Shown piece after piece: positions 18,364-26,774 of a stretch of 64,000 nt of DNA. The stretch covers positions 15,153 to 79,152 of the forward strand of contig DATKGQ010000019.1 in assembly GCA_035510715.1 (NCBI GenBank). The letters are read 5' to 3'. Every line of letters begins with the position of its first letter. Within the stretch, counting starts at the first letter, position 1. This DNA is from Candidatus Saccharimonadales bacterium (GTDB lineage: Bacteria; Patescibacteriota; Saccharimonadia; Saccharimonadales; UBA4665). The position numbers and the translations under genes are program-made. The notes beneath the pieces are model-generated. The model ran no database searches. It was given only the letters and a program-made list of their open reading frames with translations, and was not told the origin of the DNA.

Positions 18364-19803
18364 TCAGGCGTAATTATCGGTCCAGTCGTTTTGGAGCAGA
18401 ACAAGATCGCCGGCAGCGACAAATTCCGACAGATTAGAGTAAAACTTCAACGGTTCCGGCTCGATCCTAAGCTCGCCCTTAAATCCGGCTGATTCCAGTC
18501 CGGCTCTAATATGCTTGGCGGCTGAATTTTTCATCAGTACGACAATATCGCAGCCGGAGGCCGCTATCAGCTCGCCGGCCAGATGATGGATAGCCTTTTT
18601 CTGCCTGCCCTGATCAACCAGTCCCGGCGTCACGTAAATTTTGCGCTCGGCCGGCAATTCAGCTAACAGGACAGTACCGGCCCTGATACCTTCTATATTG
18701 CCATTGTAAGTGTCATCAATAATCCAGGCTTCGCTCAGCTTGTAAGGCTCCATCCGGTGTTCAAAGGCGGTAGTTTTGGCAACGCCGGCAATGATCTGCT
18801 TGTCACTTAATCCGAACCCGTCAGCCAGTACCGCCGCCAGGGCTACGGGACCGATGTTGTGTCGGCCGAGCAGCTTGGTGTGAAGGTGCAGCGAACGTGT
18901 ATTCTTGTTTAAATGGAAGGAAGTCCCGTTAATCGACAGCCGGACATCATTTATTGTCCAGCCGGCCACGCCGTTTTTGCTGTAAAGAGTATATTCAGGC
19001 TTAATAAACGGTTCGGCGGCCAGCGACTCGCCGTTAACGTAGACATGCTTATTGTCCAGATAGGCGGCTAGGCTGAAAATATCCTCGCCGGCTTTGTCAA
19101 CGGTCTTATAGCGGTCCAGATGCGCCGGCGCCAGACCGGTAATAATGCCGTGTGTCGGCCGGGTAACATTGGCAAAGCGCAGAATATCGCCGGGCCGGTT
19201 TTCGCCGTATTCGACGATAATGATGTCAACGTCCTTACTGAGGGTCTTGGCAAAGATGGCGTGGGAAAGGGCAACGTTTTTATTGGCCGGCGTGGCAAAT
19301 ACTTTTTTACCTTCGCTCAGCACAGTTAAAAGTATTTCTTTCATGCTGGTCTTGGCATAGCTGCCGGCAATCGCGATTATAGGCGACTTGTGGCGGCGGA
19401 AGATATTTGCCGAGACGGCCACGAGATGGTCTTCGCGCGGTTGGACTATAAATACCCGGCCCAGCCATAACGGGACGATAACCAGATGCGCCCAGACTAT
19501 CGGGTAGGAGATAAGTATCAGCGCCCCGTAGCCCAAGCCATTGCTCAAGTGATGCCAGTGCCAGAGATATAACACCAGCAATCCGGCCAGTATCTGGACA
19601 GACATGCCCAGCAGTAATGAGGCTTGCAGTAAACGGGCCGATTTTGTCGGTACTAATTGACGTCGGACAGCGACTTTGGAAAAATCCTCCGTCCGCCAGA
19701 ACCACTTTAAATATGGCCAAACCCGATATTCAGTACTTTGCAGCATATAGGTTAAAACCGCGCTGAAACGCGGTGAATACATACTGATAATGCCTTTGAT
19801 CAT
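18364..19803 (-). CDS. murF: Mur ligase family protein, MurF-like, with N-terminal transmembrane region
   Basis: Central domain IAIAGSYAKTSMKE (P-loop with Ala in place of the usual second Gly). C-terminal DDTYNGNIEGIRAG...TPGLVDQG resembles MurF DxYNANP...GDMxELG. The first ~120 aa contain at least two hydrophobic helices. Adjacent to ddl. Confidence 0.7.
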   Translation of the reverse strand: MIKGIISMYSPRFSAVLTYMLQSTEYRVWPYLKWFWRTEDFSKVAVRRQLVPTKSARLLQASLLLGMSVQILAGLLVLYLWHWHHLSNGLGYGALILISYPIVWAHLVIVPLWLGRVFIVQPREDHLVAVSANIFRRHKSPIIAIAGSYAKTSMKEILLTVLSEGKKVFATPANKNVALSHAIFAKTLSKDVDIIIVEYGENRPGDILRFANVTRPTHGIITGLAPAHLDRYKTVDKAGEDIFSLAAYLDNKHVYVNGESLAAEPFIKPEYTLYSKNGVAGWTINDVRLSINGTSFHLNKNTRSLHLHTKLLGRHNIGPVALAAVLADGFGLSDKQIIAGVAKTTAFEHRMEPYKLSEAWIIDDTYNGNIEGIRAGTVLLAELPAERKIYVTPGLVDQGRQKKAIHHLAGELIAASGCDIVVLMKNSAAKHIRAGLESAGFKGELRIEPEPLKFYSNLSEFVAAGDLVLLQNDWTDNYA

Positions 19804-20552
19804 GCTAGAAACTCCTCTACCACCTTTATTACAGCCGCCGGTTGGTCGCGGTGGACATAATGACCGGCCGACGGTATTATTTTCAAACTTGAATTTTTTA
19901 TTAACTGTTGAAACCGCCGGCCAAAAGCCGGTGGCGTGGTTTGATCGTTTTCGCCGTAGACCAACAATGTCGGCAGCTTAAGCCGGCCGGCCTCGGCCTG
20001 GACATCATCAGCCACAATCCTTTTGAATGTCGGGCTCATATGCTCGGCTGTCAGCATATCGGAGCCGGCCTTCCGGTAAAGTGTCCGGCGGAGTTTTGAC
20101 TGGATTGAAGCCGGCAGCGGCGCAGCTAACAGTTTCCCGGTTTTGGCAACTGATTTAATAACAGCTGCCCGCTTAGAATCATTGTCACGGATTCCGGCAC
20201 TGGATAATAAAACAAGCTTGTCGGCTTTAAGCTGCCCGCTGCCCAAACCCCTGACGGCGATAGCTCCGCCGTTGCTGTGGCCGATATAGGCATAGACGTC
20301 CAAAACCCCAAGTTTTTGTAATAAATGCTCCACAAAGGCTGCAAAGTCGTCTAGGCCCCAGGCTCCGACCGGTATCTCACTGCCGCCAAAGCCCGGCAAA
20401 TCAGGCGTGATCACCTCATAGCGATCGGCCAGTATAGAGCTAAGTGTTGCCAGGCCGCCGGCCTGATCCGCCCAGCCGTGCAGCAGAATGATTGATTTAC
20501 CCTTGCCGCTACGGTCATAGCGCGTCAATAACTTGTCAACGACAATCTGCAT
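19800..20552 (-). CDS. Alpha/beta hydrolase
   Basis: HGW oxyanion region, GHSNGG nucleophile elbow, C-terminal GHYVH catalytic His. 250 aa. Confidence 0.8.
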   Translation of the reverse strand: MQIVVDKLLTRYDRSGKGKSIILLHGWADQAGGLATLSSILADRYEVITPDLPGFGGSEIPVGAWGLDDFAAFVEHLLQKLGVLDVYAYIGHSNGGAIAVRGLGSGQLKADKLVLLSSAGIRDNDSKRAAVIKSVAKTGKLLAAPLPASIQSKLRRTLYRKAGSDMLTAEHMSPTFKRIVADDVQAEAGRLKLPTLLVYGENDQTTPPAFGRRFQQLIKNSSLKIIPSAGHYVHRDQPAAVIKVVEEFLA

Positions 20553-20585
20553 ATATAAAAGTATACTCGTTAACTCATGGGAAGA

Positions 20586-22034
20586 TTAGAGTGATTGCTG
20601 CAGCAGGTTTAGCGAGTCGGATGTAGATGATGAGCCTCCTGAGAAAATACCGCTTAAATCCGGTCCCAGCTGAGTAAGCAGCTGCAGAACTGATTCAGCA
20701 TTGGCCGGCACGGTCACCGTTACCGGTTGGTTGAAGTGGCCAAGTGTCAGCGTGACACTTAATTGATCGCCGCTGCTATCGGTGGTCGATAAACTCAACT
20801 GGTCAACAATCTTATTGGATTTATCGATCCAGATGTCGAACGGGTATTTATTAAAGTTGGCACTGTTAATCATATTCTCAACCGAGGCAATTGAAGATTC
20901 ATCAATTGTCAGATCTTTCAGTTTGGCTGACTGCAAGCCCGTAAAGAAGGACTTAAGCATCCCAGAGTTAATCTCCATCTGGTAATGGTAGCTGGACTGG
21001 CCGTCAATTATCGCCGGAGCAAAGGTTTTCTGGGCGGTCAGAAACGGATGACTTTGATAAAGATTACCGATAGTGCTGGCTTCAGACTGGGAAAGCTTGC
21101 CGATGGAAAAGTTACTGTTAGTGTCGGACTTGGCGCTGCTTTCGATGCTCTGCAGCAAACTTTGATTAATCACAAACCATTGGTTGTTAATGTCGCCGAG
21201 GACGGTACCTAGCGAACTGGCTCCGGCAGCACCCGATGACTGAGCTAGCCCCAGAAGTTGGGACAGACCGGACAGGCCGCCGACTTTAATATATATATCA
21301 TGGCCGTCGGTGCTTGCCACGCTAACCGTGACATTCGTTACAATAGCATTAACTGACATATTGGCTTCGAACTTGCCGCCCTTGGCATAAGCACCGCTGA
21401 GCATACCATTAAATGTTTGGCCGATCGACTTATCGGTAATTGAAAACTTTGAATTAAACTGCAGGCTTGTTAAATTGTTGCCATAAAGCATGTTGACAAG
21501 CGATTGCTTGACGATATTGACCGGCCGGCTGGGTAAATAAAACTGGGTATAGGCGCCAAATAGGATAGCTAAAAGTACAACCACCACCACCGGAATACCT
21601 ATAAACATCTGACGGCGCTTTTTGGCCGGGGCCTTAACCGGTACCGTGGCGGCCGGACTGGACGCAACCGGATTATCGCCTGGCGCAGGCGGCGGCTGGG
21701 TAACTGTTGCGGGCGGGGTATCAAAAGGCGGCGGCGCCACAACCGGCGACTGGACTGAATCGTCATGGGGCGGGTCTGATGATTCCGGCGGCTGTATATC
21801 GGCCGAAGAAGCAGCTCCCATAGACGGTGAAATTACCTGGGGCTGGAAAGTTGTTGTTATCTTTGTTGGCACCGGCACATCAACCGGGTGTTCGGTTACT
21901 GGGTGAGGAAATACCGGCGGTTTAACCGGTGCGGCATCATGTACATCAGCCATTGACGGAATCGTTTTTGGCGAATTAGACGCTTGATCAATGTCAGCGT
22001 CTGGATTTGATTGATTATCGCGATCTGGAAACAT
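20586..22034 (-). CDS. Membrane-anchored hypothetical protein (Pro-rich N-terminus, one TM, large ectodomain)
   Basis: 482-aa ORF. About 140 aa Pro-rich N-terminus. TM segment MFIGIPVVVVVLLAILFGAY. S/N/L-rich ectodomain. Confidence 0.6.
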   Translation of the reverse strand: MFPDRDNQSNPDADIDQASNSPKTIPSMADVHDAAPVKPPVFPHPVTEHPVDVPVPTKITTTFQPQVISPSMGAASSADIQPPESSDPPHDDSVQSPVVAPPPFDTPPATVTQPPPAPGDNPVASSPAATVPVKAPAKKRRQMFIGIPVVVVVLLAILFGAYTQFYLPSRPVNIVKQSLVNMLYGNNLTSLQFNSKFSITDKSIGQTFNGMLSGAYAKGGKFEANMSVNAIVTNVTVSVASTDGHDIYIKVGGLSGLSQLLGLAQSSGAAGASSLGTVLGDINNQWFVINQSLLQSIESSAKSDTNSNFSIGKLSQSEASTIGNLYQSHPFLTAQKTFAPAIIDGQSSYHYQMEINSGMLKSFFTGLQSAKLKDLTIDESSIASVENMINSANFNKYPFDIWIDKSNKIVDQLSLSTTDSSGDQLSVTLTLGHFNQPVTVTVPANAESVLQLLTQLGPDLSGIFSGGSSSTSDSLNLLQQSL

Positions 22035-22091
22035 TATTGATACTACTAATGATTATTTTTAATTATTACAGACTAATATATAAAAAGCTAA

Positions 22092-22976
22092 TTATTGTTC
22101 GACAGTAAGCAATTTTTTCTCTAGGGCAGCGGTGGGAATAGTATGCGTCGGGACCGTTATGGCCGGCTGGACGCCGTAATCAGCATATAACTCGGTGTGA
22201 TTGCTGCCCGGATAATTGATCTCGACCAACTGCCGGGAAGCCGGGTTAATGGCAAATTGCACTTTGAGCGGCGTATCACCCTGGTAGTTGCTGGCGCTAA
22301 GCTCCGGTACGTTTTTATAGCCTTCGTCAAGCGCAAACTTCGTCAAGAGCCTGGCGTAAGCAACCGGCGCAACAGTTACCTGAAAGACGTCCACTGCCCG
22401 GCCGTTAACTTGCCCATATTGAACCTGTGAAAAATTGGCCGTAAAAACCTTATCGGCTTTGATCCGGTTTAACAGCCCGGCCCGTTCACTGGGCGGCAAG
22501 TCCCCTATTGGCACGATCCCAAGTAAGGACTGGCCGAACAAATGATCCAGCGGATCGGCTGTCAAGCCGCCAGTAGGACTTTTGCTCCAGATGCCGACAA
22601 TGCCGCTGAAGTTGAAAGGCTTACCATTGGCCGGCTTGACGGCAGTTTTAATAGCCGTATAACGCGTATAGTCAACTGCCGGCGTACCAATAGTTTCGGT
22701 CGACACCACGCTGTTATTCTCTGATAACACCGCGTTAGATATGGCAATATTATTCTTGCCAAGTTCAAGCGTTATGGTTTCCTTTAAATTCTGGCCGCTG
22801 CCACTCTCGGTCACCTGCCTGGTTACAGCCGAAGTAGCCATACTGTTGTTAAACATTCCCCAAAAGACTGCCTTGGGGCTTTCAAAGATATGCGACCACC
22901 AGAACCAGCCGCCGATAAAGACGACCACCACTATCAGCAGTGCGATTACTCTGATTTGTTCTCTAAATACCTTCAA
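22092..22976 (-). CDS. Membrane-anchored hypothetical protein
   Basis: 294-aa ORF. N-terminal TM segment VIALLIVVVVFIGGWFWW. Ectodomain without recognisable motifs. Confidence 0.55.
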   Translation of the reverse strand: MKVFREQIRVIALLIVVVVFIGGWFWWSHIFESPKAVFWGMFNNSMATSAVTRQVTESGSGQNLKETITLELGKNNIAISNAVLSENNSVVSTETIGTPAVDYTRYTAIKTAVKPANGKPFNFSGIVGIWSKSPTGGLTADPLDHLFGQSLLGIVPIGDLPPSERAGLLNRIKADKVFTANFSQVQYGQVNGRAVDVFQVTVAPVAYARLLTKFALDEGYKNVPELSASNYQGDTPLKVQFAINPASRQLVEINYPGSNHTELYADYGVQPAITVPTHTIPTAALEKKLLTVEQ

Positions 22977-23010
22977 GGCTTTTTGGACCTAATCCTTCCT
23001 TTTAAAGATT

Positions 23011-23087
23011 TGGTGGAGATGCGGGGAGTCGAACCCCGGGCCTCAGCAATGCGAATGCTGCGCTCTAGCCAACTGAGCTACATCCCC
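23011..23087 (-). tRNA. tRNA-Ala (anticodon CGC), CCA encoded
   Basis: The reverse complement GGGGATGTAGCTCAGTTGGCTAGAGCGCAGCATTCGCATTGCTGAGGCCCGGGGTTCGACTCCCCGCATCTCCACCA folds as a cloverleaf. G3:U70 is the Ala identity pair. Anticodon loop is TTCGCAT. Confidence 0.93.
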
Positions 23088-23334
23088 TTCCAGGAAATGT
23101 CTTATCAGCACTGTAATATCATACATCGTAGAAAGATTTTTGTTGTTATATAACACTTTTTACTTAAGAGTTGGTATTAGGGTTATAGGTAACGTCAAGC
23201 GGTAAATTGGTGGACTTGAGTGGATTGTTTTGGAACCAAGTTCATGAACAACTTATTGTTTGGTATAAAGAATTCCACACCGCATTGATAGGTCATACAA
23301 CAGATACTTATACTAAAATACATTAGCCCATTTG

Positions 23335-23589
23335 TTATCTATAAACATCTTTACGATGTCTGATACGGAGAACAAGGATTTTACCGTCGGATCTTAGCAG
23401 AACGATTAACCTATAAGCTCCAACGCGAAATCGGTGAGTGGCTCCTGCATAGTTAACAAGTGGTGTTGCAAATTCAAGTGAGTTTTCTGTGCTTTGCCAA
23501 TATAATAGTTTAGTTCTCAGCCGTGACTGAGTTTTATTTGGTAACTTATTCATGTCTCTTTTAGCCGATTCCGAAAAGATAAATTGCAT
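23335..23589 (-). CDS. Type II toxin, RelE/ParE family
   Basis: 84 aa. FSESAKRDMNKLPNKTQSRLRTKL...HRFRVGAYRLIVLL...ILVLRIRHRKDVYR is the typical RelE/ParE pattern. Starts 6 nt downstream of the antitoxin gene. Confidence 0.75.
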   Translation of the reverse strand: MQFIFSESAKRDMNKLPNKTQSRLRTKLLYWQSTENSLEFATPLVNYAGATHRFRVGAYRLIVLLRSDGKILVLRIRHRKDVYR

Positions 23590-23595
23590 AAGGTT

Positions 23596-23841
23596 TTAGT
23601 CTTCTAGGTTAGAGAATACTTCCTCGAGTGTGTAGGTTTTGTCCTTTGCGGCTTTCTTTAGAGTTGCTAGGAACTCAGTATCTTGTGATTCTAACAGATC
23701 TTCTAGATAGTCAAGGTCTATAAGAGCCAAATCAGGGCGGCCACGCTTAGTAATGATTGCCATTGTCTTTCCGCCTCGGACACTTTTAGCTATCGTAGCA
23801 TATGAATCACGTAATTCTGTTGCTTTCACTATCGTTGTCAT
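23596..23841 (-). CDS. Type II antitoxin, Phd/YefM family
   Basis: 81 aa. VKATELRDSYATIAKSVRGGKTMAIITKRGRPDLALIDLDYLEDL matches the Phd/YefM N-terminal fold pattern. Confidence 0.75.
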   Translation of the reverse strand: MTTIVKATELRDSYATIAKSVRGGKTMAIITKRGRPDLALIDLDYLEDLLESQDTEFLATLKKAAKDKTYTLEEVFSNLED

Positions 23842-24220
23842 ATTATCCTTTCATATATTTAAAGTATACATTTAAAACGTATACTTAGTCAATAGAAAAG
23901 CTTGATAGTGGGAATCTCTTGGACGCAATGGCATCAAATTAAAACTTATCTTATTGAAGTCTATAAATCAGTTCATGAGCAATCCATGATAATTAATGTT
24001 CTTAGTTCCCAACTATTTCAGGAACCCAAGGCAGTATCGTATAAGTTAAGCAAGTTCTAAGTAAATACTAGGTGGATGGTACGGCTTGCAATTCAGGCAA
24101 GAGTGATTTAACGGTAGATTTGGTTTCGTTGAATATGGTTAGACTAGCTGAAGTAGTAGCACATGTTGCTTGCGGGCCCACATAGTAGAATATAGCACTT
24201 TGCAATAAGCATAAGAGTAT

Positions 24221-24306
24221 TGGTGGGGATGAAAGGACTTGAACCTTCATAAGCCTAAGCTTACTAGCTCCTGAAGCTAGCGCGTCTACCGTTTCGCCAC
24301 ATCCCC
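24221..24306 (-). tRNA. tRNA-Leu (anticodon CAG), long variable arm, CCA encoded
   Basis: Reverse complement GGGGATGTGGCGAAACGGTAGACGCGCTAGCTTCAGGAGCTAGTAAGCTTAGGCTTATGAAGGTTCAAGTCCTTTCATCCCCACCA. Anticodon loop is TTCAGGA. Class II variable arm. Confidence 0.9.
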
Positions 24307-24352
24307 GCGGATTTAAAACTACTACTGTTAATCTTAACACAAATCCAGGGTC

Positions 24353-26113
24353 TTAATCGTCAACTTTAGCCCTGAGGATTTCCCAATTCTGAACATTATT
24401 AAACCGGTCGGTGGCCTCGTTAATGGTATGCTCTGTCAGGCCATAGACTGATTCGCGGGTCAGATACAGATAACGCGGCTGATACAGCCCTAGGGCCGGT
24501 GCGTCCTGCTGCCAGGCCTGCAGAAATGGTTCGTATTTAATCACTCTCAGCGCCGGATCATAACGCGTCCGACCGGCCTCCAGGGATTGGTCGACTACGG
24601 CAGAAGAGTATTCGGAAAAATTAACGGTCTGCTGATTGCTGCCCCAGTAGACATAGACGTCCGGATCAACACCGATTGAGATACCGTACAGCAGCGCGTC
24701 ATATTCTCGGAACGTAACGGTGTTCTGTAAATCAGTATTGTCCTGAATAATAACCTCGGCTTCAACACCTATCGTCCGCCACTCTTTGGCCAGCATACCG
24801 GTAACGTAACGGGATTCCGGATCATTATCAGCGTACAATTTGAAACGCAGGACTTGCCCGGCTTTATAACGCAGTCCGTTACTGCCCAGCAGCCAACCGT
24901 TACTTTGGAGTTCCTGGGCAGCGGCCAGCGTATTCATTGGTAACTGCTCAAAAGTCGGATTAAAGGCCAGCTGGCCGTTAAGCAACGGTTCCCTGACCGG
25001 GATAACCGGATAACCCAGCCCGTTAATAATGGCATTGACATCGGCTGCCTGGACCAGTGCCTGCCGGACTGCCGTATCGGATAAAATTGCAGTGGAAGTG
25101 TTAAAAAACACCATGTTAGCAGCCGTCAGCGGCATGCTGTAGGTTTGCAGTTGTTTGTCTTTGGCCAAAACGGCTAGGACACTATTCAGTCCGGACATAC
25201 CGTCAAGCTGGCCGGCTTGAAAGCTGGACACAAGTTGCCCTTGATCATGAAAAGCCCGGACAATAAAACCACTGAGCTTCGGTTCGCCGCTATTATAGCG
25301 GGCAAACGGCAAGAGCGTAATTTGTTCCTGCTTGGTTTGCGGAGTATTGCCTTCTACATTAAGGTTTTCCCATTCAAAGGGCCCCGATCCGACCGGATTA
25401 ATATTGAAAGCCGCTGTACTCAGCGTCTCAGCCGGAATGTTAGCTAGTAGGTGCCGCGGAATTATGCCGTTAGTTAAAGAGTACGGAAACGAGGTTAAAG
25501 GATTAGCCAGCGTAAAAATTACGGTTAACGACCCTTCAGCTGATACTTGGACGTCCTGCCAGTTACCGCTCAGCGGCGAAGCGGCATTTGGGTTTTGAAT
25601 AAGATCATACGTAAAGACGACATCACTCGAAGTCAGCGGCTGGCCGTCCTGCCAGACAAGGTGGGGTTTTAAGTGGACAGTGTATATTCTCCCAGTGGTA
25701 TCAACGCTCCAGCGGCTGGCCAGGTCGCCGACCAGCTGGTTCTGGTTGTTATAAGTCAGTAGACTGGAAAAAACCAGATGGCAAACCGCCGTATCAACCG
25801 GTGACGTCGCATAGATCGGGTTTGCAGTTGTAAAATCACCCAAAACACCCTCAGTATAGGTACCGCCCCGGACCGGTTGCAGGGTCTGGTAGTAATTGCT
25901 CAGCAAATTAATCTGAACCGCGACAATACCGGTTAGCAAAATGATCAGGCCAAGCCAGCTAATAATAAACCGGCGGACATTCAGTAGACGGTTTAAGCGG
26001 CGGATGAGATGTTTTTCTACATCCTGTCCGGTTTTGGAGCCGAACTTCTTAACTTGCCGCTGACTTTTGCGCAACCGTCTATGAAAACGCAGCCGGATTG
26101 TTTTAGTTGTCAT
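24353..26113 (-). CDS. ABC-transporter substrate-binding protein, family 5 (peptide/nickel type), membrane-anchored
   Basis: 586 aa. N-terminal TM anchor. Length and overall pattern (GGTYTEGVLGDF..NPI, WQDGQPLTSSDVVFTY) are typical of SBP family 5. No permease or ATPase genes are adjacent. Confidence 0.65.
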   Translation of the reverse strand: MTTKTIRLRFHRRLRKSQRQVKKFGSKTGQDVEKHLIRRLNRLLNVRRFIISWLGLIILLTGIVAVQINLLSNYYQTLQPVRGGTYTEGVLGDFTTANPIYATSPVDTAVCHLVFSSLLTYNNQNQLVGDLASRWSVDTTGRIYTVHLKPHLVWQDGQPLTSSDVVFTYDLIQNPNAASPLSGNWQDVQVSAEGSLTVIFTLANPLTSFPYSLTNGIIPRHLLANIPAETLSTAAFNINPVGSGPFEWENLNVEGNTPQTKQEQITLLPFARYNSGEPKLSGFIVRAFHDQGQLVSSFQAGQLDGMSGLNSVLAVLAKDKQLQTYSMPLTAANMVFFNTSTAILSDTAVRQALVQAADVNAIINGLGYPVIPVREPLLNGQLAFNPTFEQLPMNTLAAAQELQSNGWLLGSNGLRYKAGQVLRFKLYADNDPESRYVTGMLAKEWRTIGVEAEVIIQDNTDLQNTVTFREYDALLYGISIGVDPDVYVYWGSNQQTVNFSEYSSAVVDQSLEAGRTRYDPALRVIKYEPFLQAWQQDAPALGLYQPRYLYLTRESVYGLTEHTINEATDRFNNVQNWEILRAKVDD

Positions 26114-26138
26114 AACCTATCGGTCAAACTTTATGACT

Positions 26139-26351
26139 TTAAGTAGCAATGCTCAGAGCTAAGGACACCACAAAAGTCACAATCATTATAATTGTTAACT
26201 GAAATAATGTTTTATCGGTGCCGCGGCGGGTCATGTTGATTTCGCCGCTGCCGCCCAGGCCTGCCCCTAAAGAAGCGCCCCTGGTTTGGACAAGGATCAG
26301 GATTGTCATGATAATCATAGAACCGATAGTGATGTAATTAAGTAATGTCAT
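26139..26351 (-). CDS. secG: Preprotein translocase subunit SecG
   Basis: 70 aa with two TM helices. LILVQTRGASLGAGLGGSG....RRGTDKTLFQLT matches the SecG loop pattern. Confidence 0.75.
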   Translation of the reverse strand: MTLLNYITIGSMIIMTILILVQTRGASLGAGLGGSGEINMTRRGTDKTLFQLTIIMIVTFVVSLALSIAT

Positions 26352-26698
26352 ATACCTTCTAATATAGTTGTCACTAGATAGTTTATCAGTCCGATGACCA
26401 TACCGGCAAGTATCGCGGCACCAAAATTAGTGACGTGCAGCGGCGTATAAAGCTTGCTGGCTATAAAAACCATCAGGCCGTTGATGATTATCATGAACAG
26501 TCCCAGAGTCAGTAGAACTGCCGGCAGAGCCAGAATAACAATGACCGGCTTGATTACTATATTAATTATCGCCAGGACAAGTCCGGCAATCAGGATAACA
26601 TAAATATCATTGTTGTAACTGACCCGGTTACCGAGAATGGCCGCAGCGATCCAGATACCCAGACCGCAGACCAGCCAGCGGATGAGAAAACGGATCAT
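26348..26698 (-). CDS. Phage-holin-family-4 / YvlD-like (DUF360) membrane protein
   Basis: MIRFLIRWLVCGLGIWIAAAILG... with four hydrophobic helices. I chose the ATG at 26698. The ORF track extends to 26764. Confidence 0.65.
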   Translation of the reverse strand: MIRFLIRWLVCGLGIWIAAAILGNRVSYNNDIYVILIAGLVLAIINIVIKPVIVILALPAVLLTLGLFMIIINGLMVFIASKLYTPLHVTNFGAAILAGMVIGLINYLVTTILEGI

Positions 26699-26774
26699 CG
26701 GCCGTTCCTGAAAGTGACGCAGATGCATAAGCAGTATTGTATGCCAGCTGAGCAGCGGCGACAAGCAGGCTAAC

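Noticed and set aside
22890-23153. 87-aa plus-strand ORF
   Set aside because: It runs antisense through tRNA-Ala (23011-23087) and the 5' end of the 294-aa gene, so it is spurious.
23206-23219. Possible att-like direct repeat of the tRNA-Leu 3' end (ATTGGTGG...ACTTGA) about 1 kb away, bracketing the TA module
   Set aside because: Only an 8-mer plus a 6-mer match with a 10-nt gap. That is too short to distinguish from chance without a proper alignment. It is kept only as a pointer in the TA finding.
24068-24340. 90-aa minus-strand ORF in the track
   Set aside because: It overlaps the whole tRNA-Leu(CAG) gene (24221-24306) and AT-rich non-coding DNA, and has no coding features.
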